Positions 1 to 12,058 of a DNA stretch of 41,610 bases are shown piece by piece. The notes below the pieces were generated by a model. That model searched no databases. It was not told where the DNA came from and saw only the letters and a list, made by a program, of their open reading frames with translations. Position numbers and translations under genes: made by a program. Source of the DNA: Macrostomum lignano (taxonomy: Eukaryota); assembly GCA_002269645.1 (NCBI GenBank), contig NIVC01004575.1, forward strand, positions 1 through 41,610, in the 5' to 3' direction. The first letter of the stretch is position 1, and the number at the start of each line of letters is the position of its first letter.

Positions 1-325
1 AAGGGGGCAGCAGGGACACACTAAAGGACACATCAAGGGGGCAGCAGGGACACACTGAGGGACACATCAAGGGGCAGCAGGGACACACAGAGGGACACAT
101 CAAGGGGGCAGCAGGGACACACTAAAGGACACATCAAGGGGGCAGCAGGGACACACTAAAGGACACATCAAGGGGGCAGCAGGGACACACTAAAGGACAC
201 ATCAAGGGGCAGCAGGGACGCACTGAGGGACACATCAAGGGGCAGCAGAGACACACTGAGGGACACATCAAGGGGCAGCAGGGACACACTAAAGGACACA
301 TCAAGGGGGCAGCAGGGACACACTG
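1..325. repeat. 33-34 bp minisatellite (AAGGGGGCAGCAGGGACACACTAAAGGACACATC), at least 9 copies, in SBF intron 3, truncated by the window edge
   Basis: Direct tandem periodicity; explains ORFs 134..385 and 168..365. Confidence 0.95.
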
Positions 326-385
326 AGATACAAAGCCCCGCCACAGCCCAGAAATTTCCCAGCAAGAATAACCGAGTTCACTCAC

Positions 386-588
386 TAATTAAACGGATAG
401 AGCAGCGCAGTGAGGGCCCTGCAGGCGGAGGTCAGCCTGGCATAGCTATAAGAAAACAGCGCCACTCTGCAGCCAGTGAGCAGGGCGGTGACAAGCAGGA
501 TGCAGTTGTGAATGCCCAGCTGACGGAACAGAAGAGTTACAGAGGAGCCCGTTACTGGAACTTCTGAGCACATTGGCGGCCGTACAAT
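386..588 (-). CDS. SBF1/SBF2: SBF1/SBF2 (MTMR5/13) coding exon 3, DENN core (IVRPPMCSEVPVTGSSVTLLFRQLGIHNC...RALTALLYPFNY)
   Basis: Resembles SBF2 [20 protein letters not shown]...RALESLMFPLKY; acceptor cccgcag at 589-590, donor TA|GTGAGT at 385; phase 0 in, phase 2 out. Confidence 0.9.
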
Positions 589-649
589 CTGCGGGATGTT
601 CGAGTTTTAATTAGAACAGCGTTTAAGAATTATTAATGCCAACACCAAT

Positions 650-1050
650 TCTACCTATTCTATTGCAATAGAACTAGAAAATAGGTCCACCTCTGTCTAG
701 GGATATCTGCCTATTCTAGAACTATTCCATGTCCTATTCTATCCCTAATATATTCCTTATTATATTCCCTAGGAACTATTCCTTATTCTAGAAAATAGGT
801 TTACTTCTGTCTGTCTGGGGAAATCTCCCTATTATAGAACTAGAAAATAGGTTTACTTCTGTCTGTCTGGGGAAATCTCCCTATTCTAGAACTAGAAAAT
901 AGGTTTACTTCTGTCTGTCTGGGAAATCTCCCTATTCTAGAACTAGAAAATAGGTTTACTTCTGTCTGAGTAAATCTCCCTATTCTACACTAGAACTAGA
1001 AAATAGGTTTACTGCTGTCTGGGACCCTATTCAAGAAATAGAAGATAGGT
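650..1050. repeat. ~52 bp minisatellite (CTATTCTAGAACTAGAAAATAGGTTTACTTCTGTCTGTCTGGGGAAATCTCC), ~4 good copies plus degenerate flanks, in SBF intron 2
   Basis: Direct tandem periodicity. Confidence 0.85.
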
Positions 1051-1114
1051 TCTCCTCTGTCGGGAAGAATCCCATTGACGCATCACAGAAATACATCGCC
1101 ACACCTCAACCCAC

Positions 1115-1706
1115 CTGGTGGTCGTGCGCGGATATGCTAAACCTAGTCGGCACGTGACTGCTAACAATAACTCCGCCAAGCAGATTGCCAACAATTCTTT
1201 CTAACTGGCCCTCCTCTTTGCGGGCCGAGCCGTCTACGTAGGCGGTGTAGATCACGGCTAGACAGTCGTGCAGCACCTCGGGACAGTCGTGCCTGGACAG
1301 CAGCACCAGACTCTTGGGCGCGTACAGGTCAGCTGGCCGAACCAGATGGGGGTCGGCCGCCGCTGCCTGCTGCAACTCCCGTTGGAGCCATGGAACTGCT
1401 GCTGCTCCAGCTGGTCGTCTGGCAGAGATTCAGATGACAGGCCAAGAGACGGCCGACGGCCCATGCAGAGCAGCTTCTGCTGAGAACTGACTGGCTCATA
1501 AAAATTGAACATGGCCGCGTAGCACTGGGAGCCGCTCTCGGACGTGAAGGTGTGCACAAAAAATGTGGGCGCCTGAGGCCGGCTGGTCAGGTGCCAACCG
1601 CAAGGCTGACAGAACAGCTCCTGGTGCTCCACGAATGCGAAATCTTCCCAATTGGTGATTGGGAAGCGTTGGACAAGCTTGCCACCGCATGACTCCTCCG
1701 CGCGAC
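1115..1706 (-). CDS. SBF1/SBF2: SBF coding exon 2, uDENN/DENN (GKLVQRFPITNWEDFAFVEHQELFCQPCGWHL...ADLYAPKSLVLLSR...), interrupted by an apparent 1-bp frameshift near 1378-1381
   Basis: Resembles SBF2 GKIIQRFPQKDW...ELFCQPGGWQL and AEVFAPKSLVLVSR; acceptor cccaaag at 1707-1708 (phase 1), donor CAG|GTGGGT at 1114; the two homologous halves lie in different frames. Confidence 0.85.
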
Positions 1707-2480
1707 CTTTGGGTTTTGGGAGTATTGATGCAATTAAAATCTCTTCAAATGTAGATTTTAGTTAAGTTCATTCATCCCATGCTTATCCAATATAATAATT
1801 CTTGCTTTATAATACACATGTATAGTTTAGTGTACCTTTTACTGACAAATATGAAGTAACATTGGCCAAACTCATAGCACTAAGCCTTTAATAGCCTACA
1901 ATCCAAACAACCTGACTTGATATCATAACACATGCTAAAAATATTTAACTCAGATTTACCTTGTAGTCAAGTGAATTTTAAACTATGAACAAGTTTGTTA
2001 TATTTCAAGGAACCAAAGAAATAAAACCAAATAAGAAACCAATTCAATAGAAAACTCCTTTAGTATTATGATTTAGATGCATATGCAAATAGATATAATA
2101 TTTAATTAGCTCTATTGATGATATAGGTATATATATATACAACTTTAAAAGTAGTTTTATTGTCAAAAGTTCCACTTCTCTTTTATAATTTAACATAAGA
2201 ATTGAAATAAAAATATACCCAACAGCATTAAAAAATTGCCACCTTTGAGAGTGCACAGTAAATTCTAGCTCAGTATTGACTTTTGAGTGATATAACTTAT
2301 GCCACGCAATGTAGAGTTGGGCTAAGTGAGGAGGGATTTTGAAGAGTGGAGGGCAAAGATTAGATGGATTGAAGCTTCCACCTGGTTTTAATTGGTTTTT
2401 CAAGCATTTCTTGTTGGTTGGCCAGGTGATAGACATTGGTCAAAAGACACTATTCATTTGGGTAAAAAGACAATACTTAC

Positions 2481-2527
2481 TGGGGAAAAAAGGTAGCAAC
2501 TTTCCAACATAGCTGAGTATCCCTTGG
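2481..2527 (-). other. Candidate cassette exon C (47 nt) in SBF intron 1
   Basis: Acceptor tctcttttatag and donor CCA|GTAAGTAT; no homology support. Confidence 0.45.
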
Positions 2528-2860
2528 CTATAAAAGAGACATACTCTATGGTATATGTTATAGATATAAATAAATTTATATAAATACCATGCCACTAGAC
2601 TCTAGAGATAGTATGCCAACTCTACAAAAATTTTATATACAATAAGCTTATATGGGGTACAAGTAATTTTGTTAATAAGCTACTCTAATGACAATGTACA
2701 TTTTGAAATACCAGTTAAAAATTTGTAGAGCTTTTATTATATTTCTATTAGATCACTTTTATATTATTCATACATGCACAACCTCCCAAATTCCATTAAC
2801 CATGTGACTTAGTTTTTAACAAAAATGCGACATAGTTTTTGGCCAAAAAATGTGACTTAC

Positions 2861-2918
2861 CTGATGCATGAAACAACGAAACATTCAACAAATCAACAAA
2901 ACATTCGCAACATGAAAG
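2861..2918 (-). other. Candidate cassette (poison) exon B (58 nt) in SBF intron 1
   Basis: Acceptor gttctttcctcag and donor CAG|GTAAGT; in-frame TGA at 2895-2893. Confidence 0.45.
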
Positions 2919-3594
2919 CTGAGGAAAGAACAGTTAAAAGTTAATCAACATTGTCCTGAGGCTTCTCCACATTGTCACCACTGCGCTGGCAGTAACATTG
3001 TCACCAACCCTCATACAATCCATATGTATTGTATGAGGGTTCTATTTCAGTTTTTGCAGCCCTATGGGATATAATATAGTTCATTTACAGTTGACAAAGT
3101 GATAAAAGTTAGGGAATTTCTAATTTGCCAATTGACAGAGTTACCAAGGTTTGAAACCACTTTGTTGGCTTGTTGACAAAAAAAACAATGCAAAAAGGGA
3201 CCCAAACTAGTCACAAAGATGGTAGATTTCATGCAAAATTATGGCATATACAAAGGAATTTTCTGGCACACATGGCATACATAGCACATGGCACGCCACT
3301 CTTGGTACATAGTCTATATAGTAAAATCTTCTTAGTTCAAACATAAAGTATGGCATGTGTTAATATATACTTGTTGGGTTGTTCCTTTTTCAAATAAATA
3401 TTCAATTCACTTCAATCTTCAAAAAAGCACAAAAAAGTTTTTTAATATATAAATATATATTGTATTGAAAAATTTAAATATCATGACAATTTTTATTTTA
3501 TTAATATTGAGGAAAAATTCTAAAATATGCAAAATTCAAAATTCAAAATAAGATAAAATTAAGATTATCTATTTAATTTATTCAGCATTATGAC

Positions 3595-4067
3595 CCAGGA
3601 TGGAATTCTTGCACGAAAATTGCAACGCGTTTTTGCGTTCAGGAAAAAAATTGCGAAAAATTGCGCAACGCAAAAAAAATTGCGCACCTGTACGGGCTGC
3701 AAAAAATGCGACAAAAATTGCGAATTATTTTGCGACTATTTACACAGTTTAAATTTATAAATTACTGACTTTACTGTATTAAATCTAGAATTCCTTCAAA
3801 ACGTAACATTTATAGTTCGTTATTTACGAACTGTTCAAATTTAAAATTCTTTACTTAAAAAAACAAAGATAATCAGTTTAATATTTATTGTAATGAGTCG
3901 TCAAAAAATGCAAGTATAACACTATTGCAAAACATTATTTTGACAATTGGTAATGCTAAAAATTGCACCACTAAATTTTGTTTAAGATTGTAAAATTGCG
4001 TTTGGTTCAATATGGAATTGCGCACCGAATTCCGTTTTATATGCCAGATGCAAGAATTCCATGCTGG
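3595..4067. mobile_element. 473-bp non-autonomous DNA transposon (MITE, hAT-like)
   Basis: 19-bp TIRs CCAGGATGGAATTCTTGCA / TGCAAGAATTCCATGCTGG (1 mismatch); perfect 8-bp TSD ATTATGAC at 3587-3594 and 4068-4075; repeated subterminal AATTGCG motifs. Confidence 0.9.
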
Positions 4068-4404
4068 ATTATGACTAATATATTTTGCAAAACCTAGATT
4101 TGTTATATTGCTATATAATAGCTACTAGACCCTAGGCCTAATACAAGGTGCACATTTCTTTTTTTGTTGGCGCAGATGCACTTTTTTACTTGACGCACCA
4201 GTTAATAATTTGATTAGGGATTTGTTGCAGCACACATGATGCACCTTCATGACCATGTGACCCAAAGACTAGGACCCAAATGCTTATATCTTATTGCATT
4301 AAGAGGGAAAGGTCTAATTAAAATGAAAGAATATATACAAGTTTGTCTTCAAAACTGCTAAACAGTTAATATTGTGCTTGAAATAAAAGAATAGCAATAC
4401 TTAC

Positions 4405-4462
4405 GTGCAGCTGCTTCAAAGTTATAGCCAAATATAGCTAAGTAATCAGCTAATCGACTCAT
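4405..4462 (-). CDS. SBF1/SBF2: SBF coding exon 1 (MSRLADYLAIFGYNFEAAA)
   Basis: Matches the SBF2 N-terminus MARLADYFIVVGYD; donor C|GTAAGTAT, phase 1, compatible with exon 2. Too short for the ORF track. Confidence 0.9.
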
Positions 4463-5341
4463 CTGATTTTTCCTTCTCCTCTACAAGTACTCGATTCTTA
4501 AATTTAAGAATTGGAGTCACAAAAGAAAAAGATTTAGTCTTAAACTTCTAATTTATATTCTTCAGTTTTAAGTGGATATGGTCGCATTTTACCTATTTTC
4601 TTGTCTTCGTGAAAATATATTAAAATGCAACATAAAATAATAACTATGTTTATCTTATCCGTAGTCTATCAACAGTCTCGAAAACAATCAAATTTTAGAA
4701 CACTTGTAACATTTCAGTAAAAGGCTATGTGGCACAGTAAACCGAAAATGTTGCTTCACTCCCTAGAAAATAGATGAAAAATACTAATCAACTGCTTTCC
4801 CTTTACTTTCATAGAAAATCTGAAACTGAATAATTTACTAAACTTAACAATACTAACTTGATATTTAAAAAAAAGTTACGTTTTGGTAAAAATTGTATTC
4901 CAGTTTTATTTTCCCTAAGTGTGCACTTTTATTGAAATTTCTGCAAAAGAAGTAAGATTATTATTTTTAATTTAGTTATTGTAGGAAATAGTACAAATTT
5001 TTACAGCTTTACTTCAACGTCAGCTTATGTTCAGTAAAAATTTTGTTATTTATAGTTCATAATCTTATACCGGTTTTTATAATGCATTTAGAATTCGAGT
5101 GCTATATTCAATTCCATATAAATAAACTTCTCTACTAAACGTCAAGCCTAGTCCAGATCTATTGCAGACTTCTATCGACTATTCATCTTCTGTCTGTTCA
5201 GACTTCAGACTTCTCAGTTCTGCCAAAACTTCAAAGTAGTAGAAGTTATTGCGCTACTGTTTAGAGCAACCTAAATTATAATTTTCTGTGAAACCACCTT
5301 TACTAAGACTAGAGTAGGCTCAAGGCCTCATAAAAAATACT
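4463..5341. promoter_or_regulatory. Probable bidirectional promoter and 5' UTR region between divergent SBF and NELF-A
   Basis: Start codons face away from each other 879 bp apart; TSSs not identifiable from sequence. Confidence 0.6.
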
Positions 5342-5566
5342 ATGGCAACTCAGCCAACAGACGAAATCATTGAATGGCATAAGAGATTGGGTGGTGACAA
5401 CTTTGATTACTGGATTCCACCAACTGTAACGGCCTGTTTTACAGAAGAGAAACTAAAAGCATTGAGTGATATTCATTCTTCAGGAAATTTTAGCAACTTA
5501 TCAGAATGTCTAAAAACAAAGCTTCTTCTTGCATTGTGTAATATGCCACAAAGAAACTCTGATCAG
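5342..5566 (+). CDS. NELFA: NELF-A exon 1 (MATQPTDEIIEWHKRLGGDNFDYWIPPTV...KTKLLLALCNMPQRNSDQ)
   Basis: Resembles NELF-A LWLHNKLG..ELWAPPSI...KLKLLLGTLHLPRR; donor CAG|GTAAGT, phase 0. Confidence 0.9.
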
Positions 5567-8439
5567 GTAAGTTTTAATTTTGTAACCTATTATTGTTTAT
5601 TTAAGAGTATGCTTTATAAATGATATAATTATATAGCTTAGCTATATTAAATTTGGCATTAGCTTAGCAAGCAAAAGCTCTGCATATGTAGGCCTATATG
5701 GTCTAAGTCTAATACTATTACTAACAGCTATGTAGATAGAATATAATGTGATTAAAAATGGTTCTGGCCAAAGTTGTTATTCAAGATTGTCATATATGGG
5801 TTATGAGGAAAACAACTTGGCCTAAATTATCTATATTGTCATTGTCTTATTATTGTATTGTGTGCATTTACTTAAATTATCATATTGTGTTATATTGGCT
5901 ATGCAATGATCTCAACTTATTGTGGCAACCATCTGCTTAGAACTTTAGTAATTAGGACTTGGACTAGGACTATTCCTAGTTAAATTCATTGGGTCTGACT
6001 AAATATTTAGTGTCACATTGTATTGCATTATATTAGTTTAATAATTCTATAATAAGAAGCCATTATATATATTTTTAAACTTTAGTCAAGATACTATTTA
6101 ATAGCTATTATAATAGTATATATAAATAAATTTATTCTAAGGTTTTAAATATATTTTTTGTTCAATTGGATTTTTTTTCAAAGAAAGTTGATTTGATAAT
6201 TCAATAAAATTAATTTCTTAATATTTTACTTATTAGGCCCTAGAGTATATCTAAATATACTAAATATTATCTATTATCCATATTTAGTCCTATATAATTA
6301 AAATGCATGTTTGAAATTGATGCACTTTATATATAACAAAATACAACTATAGTTACAATATATAATTAGTAAAGTAAATGGTTTTATACAATTATAGAAT
6401 AAAGTTAGAGGTTGGATAAGATCTTGATCTTCCTATCATTATTCATGATTTTGACTGTTTTCTTAATCAAATCTCAATTAAATCTCAATTTCAAAAGTGC
6501 CATGAGTCTGAGATATAAAATAAAGTAAAATAAAGAGCTTTAGTTTGAATATCAATATTTTGAATATAGCATAGTGTTACAGGATGATGCTTCTGCCCTC
6601 TAGAATCCTACTAATGCCACTAGCTATTATAGGGGTAAACTTCTATCTTCCGAAACAATCTCACCGATTAGCCACTAGCTGTTATAGGTGTTTTGTTCTG
6701 TCCCCTGTAATGATCTCACTGCTATTACCAAAGTTGTAACAATGCTGATTCTTTTTTGAATATCCTATTAGTCCTAACTTCTAATTCCTGACTCTGGTAT
6801 CATTCTGATAGCATTCTTAGTAGCATTCTGGTAGCATTCTTAGTAGGGTTCAGGTAGCATTCATATATTATATGGCCTGAGCAGTCTTCTGGTATGTGTA
6901 CTTTTTCTCCAGTCTAGGCATTACCAAGATTAGAAGGTCACAGAGCTTACTCTTAGTACTCCCTTTGCATGAATTCCCCAGCTTCTCTCAACCTTCTGGC
7001 AAGTTTCTTAAAAACACTCTTACTTATCTTACTAGTAAAATACTTAATGTTTTTAAAAGATCTGAGAACAATTTAGCAAACACTTATTATTGAACTAGCT
7101 ATAAATTATTTAATCGCATGAGCAAGTTGGTTTTCTATTCCTAAACTTTGCTCCTATTTATACCAACTGAAATGTGTATTTTAATAATTTAAGAATATTA
7201 TTAGAAAATATTTAGAAAAGTAAAACAAAATAAATTTTGGGCATAAGTTTATATTTAATTTTTTCTAAGAAACCCTATTACAATAGATTACCTAGACTTT
7301 GATATAAACACATTGAATTAAAAATGAATTTGAATCAAATTAGTACCAAAAAACTCAGTGTCACCCATATTAAGGGATTTAGCCAAGTGTTTAGAAAATT
7401 GATGCACAAGTCACCTAACTAGTAGCAGTAATGCAACCAGAAATTTTTTAAGAAGGAGCAGTTTCCAGAAGGTAAAGACCAGAGAGGGGCAAAGGGGGTG
7501 GCTCTGTTTTTGGCAAAAAATTGCTTGGTCCCCCTTTGATTTTTTCAAGTCTTTTCTCAATGTAGGCACAGCCACCCTCCTGGTTATGCCACTGTGTTGA
7601 ACCTCTTTTTTTAAGCAACACAGAAATAAGGTTGCACATTTTGTGTGCCATGTCAATAGCTTGGTTTTCTTTCTTGCTTGATTGACAAGTTTTATCAAAA
7701 GCTATTCTCTTAAAGATTAGATCTTGCCTGTTTGTTAATGCCAGTTATATTCCAATTTGCTACAATAGTGCTTTAGCAAAAGTACCTATTGGAGTAAGTT
7801 AACAAACCACAGATAGCTATCTGTTGCATTTTCAATATTTTTCTGTGCTATGTTACACAACAGTTGAAGAGCAGGGCAGTATTGTGTGTTTTAGTTGACA
7901 GGTGGCAATGCCAGAAGTATGGTGCATTTATGACCCTTAGGAGTAACATAGTTGTCATTTGAGACTTTGAGCATAGAATTTCAGGACATTTATTATATTT
8001 TCTAGGTTTTCATATTGGTCTTTATCTGTCATTTTAGCCGTTTTTTTTCTAATTTTTCAAATTGTTATTTTTCACATCATTCTGCCCCTTTTCATTCTTT
8101 TGTCTCATGTGTTGCACTTTTTGCATCTGTCATGCATCAATGGGTTTAAAGTAAAATATTACTTAAAATCCATATTGTCAAAGAAGTTCTTTATTCTAAA
8201 GAAAACCAACAAAGATCAGTTTTGTTCAACAGTTAGTTAGCTTTTATTATGATATATACATTTTATATTCAATAAATCAATGTTGAACTTTCATTTGCTA
8301 ATAAGGATAAAGCATCCATGCTAAATAACTAGCTTTGTAAGTAGAATAGCAGAAATATTTTCCTAGATTTCAGTAAATCAAAGGCCAAAACTAAATTGCA
8401 CAAATTAGTACAAACTTGTCTCAATCTCAATCCATGCAG

Positions 8440-8982
8440 TGGCGAGAGCACATTGATGCAATATTCAATGTAGCGCTGAGCGAGGGAAGCGAGAGCTGGG
8501 TCAGGCCCATAGCCGACATGCTGTACACTCTGCCATCACTTGGCTACCTGCGCACAGGCCTGGAAGACAATCCGCTAGTGTCGGAGGCGCTGACCGCTGT
8601 GCAGACTAAACGGCCCTGGCGGCTCAGTTCGCTGCCAATGGAGGCGGAATTTGTCAATCCGGATGTCCTGGCCGACCTTGGCTGTCCAGACGGTCAACAG
8701 CAGCAGCAGCAGCAGAGACATTTTGTAATTGTACGCAAGCCGCGCTCGGTGGTTGCTATGGGGGTCATACTGGAGAAAGCGGCCAGGCAAAGAGACGACG
8801 CCCAAGGCGGCGGCAGGCGCTACACGGCGCCAATTAAGATGCGCAGCTTCGCCAAGAACTGGTTCGACGAAGACGACCAGACTGATAGGCCGGCTAATGA
8901 GTCGTCTGCCGCTTCGTCTGGAGTTCGGCGCCCGGCCAATTCGTCTCTGTCTGCTGGCGGGCATCGGCTAGCGGGATCTCAG
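8440..8982 (+). CDS. NELFA: NELF-A exon 2 (WREHIDAIFNVAL...SWVRPIADML...LPMEAEFVN...HFVIVRKPRS...)
   Basis: Resembles NELF-A DPWVLMVADIL, LPLECQYLN, HFQLKRKPKS; acceptor catgcag, donor CAG|GTCAGG; 181 codons, phase 0-0. Confidence 0.9.
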
Positions 8983-9012
8983 GTCAGGCTGTGTGCGCGT
9001 GTTCTCACTGCA

Positions 9013-9879
9013 CCCCAGATACATATGGATTACCCCAGATACCTATGGATTACCCCAGATACCTATGGATTACCCCAGATACCTATGGATCACCCCAGAT
9101 ACCTATGGATCACCCCAGATACCTATGGATTACCCCAGATACCTATGGATCACTCCAGATACCTATGGATCACCTCAGATACCTATGGATTACCCCAGAT
9201 ACCTATGGATCACTCCAGATACCTATGGATCACCTCAGATACCTATGGATTACCCCAGATACCTATGGATCACCTCAGATACCTATGGATTACCCCAGAT
9301 ACCTATGGATCACACCAGATACATATGGATCACCCCAGATACATATGGATCACCCCACATACATATGGATCACGCCAGATACATATGGATCACCCCAGAT
9401 ACATATGGATCAACCCAGATACATATGGATCAACCCAGATACATATGGATTACCCCAGATACCTATGGATCACCTCAGATACCCTATGGATCACCCCAGA
9501 TACCCTAAGGATTACCCCAGATACCTATGGACCCCCAGATACTCATGGATCACCCCAGATACCCTATGAATCACCTCAGATACTTTATGAATCAGCCCAG
9601 ATACCCTAAGGATTACCCCAGATACCTATGGACCCCCAGATACTCATGGATCACCCCAGATACCCTATGAATCACCTCAGATACTTTATGAATCAGCCCA
9701 GATACCCTAAGGATTACCCCAGATACCTATGGACCCCCAGATACTCATGGATCACCCCAGATACATATGGATCACCTCAGATACATATGGATCACCCCAG
9801 ATACCTTATGGATCACCTCAGATACCTTATGGATCACCTCAGATACCTTATAAATCACCTTAGATACCTATGGATCACA
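9013..9879. repeat. 20-21 bp minisatellite (ATACCTATGGATTACCCCAG), ~42 copies, in NELF-A intron 2
   Basis: Direct periodicity; source of the YLWITPDTYG ORFs. Confidence 0.95.
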
Positions 9880-9919
9880 TTTTTCACCGTTTTCCTCCCA
9901 ATGCGCCCAAACCGAGCAG

Positions 9920-10218
9920 ATGCGCCGCCCCGTGCAGAGCCAGCCGCCGCTGCAGCTGCTGGCCAGGCAGCGCTCATCCGTTCACCCGCTGGGGACGCCG
10001 GTCGGCGGGTCGCACGGCCTGCATCATCAGCTATCGCAGCAGCCGCCGCAGCAGCGCACCACTAAACTGATTGAGCTGTCCGAGCCGCCCGCCATCGGCC
10101 GCGCCGCTAAGGCCCGTCGGCGTCAGGAAGAAGCGGAGCGCCGTCGACAAGAGGAGCGGGCCGCTAAGGAGGAAGCCGCCGCCAAGGCCGCCCAGGCTCG
10201 CGAAGCTGAGGAGGCCAG
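9920..10218 (+). CDS. NELFA: NELF-A exon 3 (MRRPVQSQ...TKLIELSEPPAIGRAAKARRRQEE...)
   Basis: Resembles NELF-A VKLLDISEL...GREAKRRR; acceptor gagcag, donor AG|GTAAGG, phase 0 in, phase 2 out. Confidence 0.85.
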
Positions 10219-10262
10219 GTAAGGACTCTGGGTAGCGCTTAACTGGCGTTTCAAGCTCATTG

Positions 10263-10670
10263 ATCCTTAGTTGCTGGGCCAGCCTCCCAGATCCCCAGTT
10301 GCTAGGCCAGCCTCCCAGATCCCCAGTTGCTGGGCCAGCCTCCCAGATCCCCAGTTGCTGGGCCAGCCTCCCAGATCCTCAGTTGCTGGGCCAGCCTCCC
10401 AGATCCCCAGTTGCTGGGCCTGCCTCCCAGATCCTCAGTTGCTCGGCCAGCCTCCCAGATCCCCAGTTGCTAGGCCAGCCTCCCAGATCCCCAGTTGCTG
10501 GGCCAGCCTTCCAGATCCTCAGTTGCTGGGCCAGCCTCCCAGATCCCCAGTTGCTGGGCCTGCCTTCCAAATCCTCAGTTGCTGTACCAGCCCCCAGATC
10601 CTCAGTTGCTGTACCAGCCTCCCAGATCTTCAGTTGCTGGGCCTGCCTCCCAGATCCTCAGTTGCTCGGC
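10263..10670. repeat. 28 bp minisatellite (CCCCAGTTGCTGGGCCAGCCTCCCAGAT), ~14 copies, in NELF-A intron 3
   Basis: Direct periodicity; its ORFs repeat every 28 aa (three units). Confidence 0.95.
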
Positions 10671-10735
10671 TGAGATTTCAAGACTGAGGCGAATACTCTG
10701 CAGTTTTTACAAATCCAGTGCTCCAACCATTGCAG

Positions 10736-11207
10736 ACAGCAGGCCCTGGCAAAGGAGGCAGAGGAAACTGCCGCAGCGGCTCAAGCAGCCTCCGCCGCCG
10801 CGGTCGCTGCTGCCTCATCGTCGGTCGTGAATTCCAATGCGGCCGGCTCGATGCCCGCATCTGCGGCTGGCCTGCCGCATCTGTCCTCCCCGTTGCTGAC
10901 GCCGTCCGGACCTGCCGGTGCACCGAATTTTGCCGGCCTGTCAACTGCAACGGTGTCGGTGTCGGCGCCATCCAGCGCGCCGTCGGTTGTTCCAGCGACG
11001 CTGCCTTCCCTGCGCCTGACTCCGGCCAGCACCTCGACGCTGACTCAGCCGACGAATCAGCAGCCTGTGCAGCAGCAGCAGCAGGCGGCGCAGCCTCAAC
11101 CGCCCGGTGCATCGGCGGCAGCGGCAACGCCGAGCTACCTGCTCCCGTTCGCGCCAGCCTATGCCGGCCAGATGCAGCAGCCGACGCTGTTTGCCTACAG
11201 CCAGCCT
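10736..11207 (+). CDS. NELFA: NELF-A exon 4, low-complexity A/S/P/Q linker
   Basis: Acceptor ccattgcag in phase 2 continues the frame of ORF 10827; donor CCT|GTGAGT, phase 0. Confidence 0.8.
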
Positions 11208-11330
11208 GTGAGTTATTCCAGATTGTCTCTTAGTGGGAGTTGGATTATGTGATCCTATGTTGTTGTACCTGTTGCTCGAATGTGCGTCTGCCCGCTGTCA
11301 CACCTTCACTGCTAATCACATTTCACTGTC

Positions 11331-12058
11331 TTTTCTGTCAGCTACCCTATCTACTCTGTCAGCTACCCTACCTACTCTGTCAGCTACCCTACCTACTCTG
11401 TCAGCTACCCTACCTACTCTGTCAGCTACCCTACCTCCTCTGTCAGCTACCCTACCTACTCTGTCAGCTACCCTACCTACTCTGTCAGCTACCCTACCTA
11501 CTCTGTCAGCTACCCTACCTACTCTGTCAGCTACCCTACCTCCTCTGTCAGCTACCCTACCTACTCCGTCAGCTACCCTACCTACTCCGTCAGCTACCCT
11601 ACCTACTCTGTCAGCTACCCTACCTACTCTGTCAGCTACCCTACCTACTCTGTCAGCTACCCTACCTACTCTGTCAGCTACCCTACCTCCTCTGTCAGCT
11701 ACCCTACCTCCTCCGTCAGCTACCCTACCTACTCCGTCAGCTACCCTACCTACTCTGTCAGCTACCCTACCTCCTCTGTCAGCTACCCTACCTACTCTGT
11801 CAGCTACCCTACCTCCTCTGTCAGCTACCCTACCTACTCCGTCAGCTACCCTACCTACTCCGTCAGCTACCCTACCTACTCTGTCAGCTACCCTACCTCC
11901 TCTGTCAGCTACCCTACCTACTCTGTCAGCTACCCTACCTACTCCGTCAGCTACCCTACCTACTCCGTCAGCTACCCTACCTACTCTGTCAGCTACCCTA
12001 CCTCCTCTGTCAGCTACCCTACCTACTCTGTCAGCTACCCTACCTACTCTGTCAGCTA
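11331..12058. repeat. 21 bp minisatellite (CTCTGTCAGCTACCCTACCTA), ~34 copies, in NELF-A intron 4
   Basis: Direct periodicity; source of the LSATLPT and LPYLLCQ ORFs. Confidence 0.97.

Noticed and set aside
2474-2485. U1 snRNA 5' end (ATACTTAC..., also near 4397)
   Set aside because: Simply the reverse complement of - strand splice donors; no U1 body follows
2893-2895. Selenocysteine or read-through at the TGA in SBF cassette B
   Set aside because: No SECIS can be assessed (3' UTR outside the window) and no selenoprotein precedent in this family that I know of
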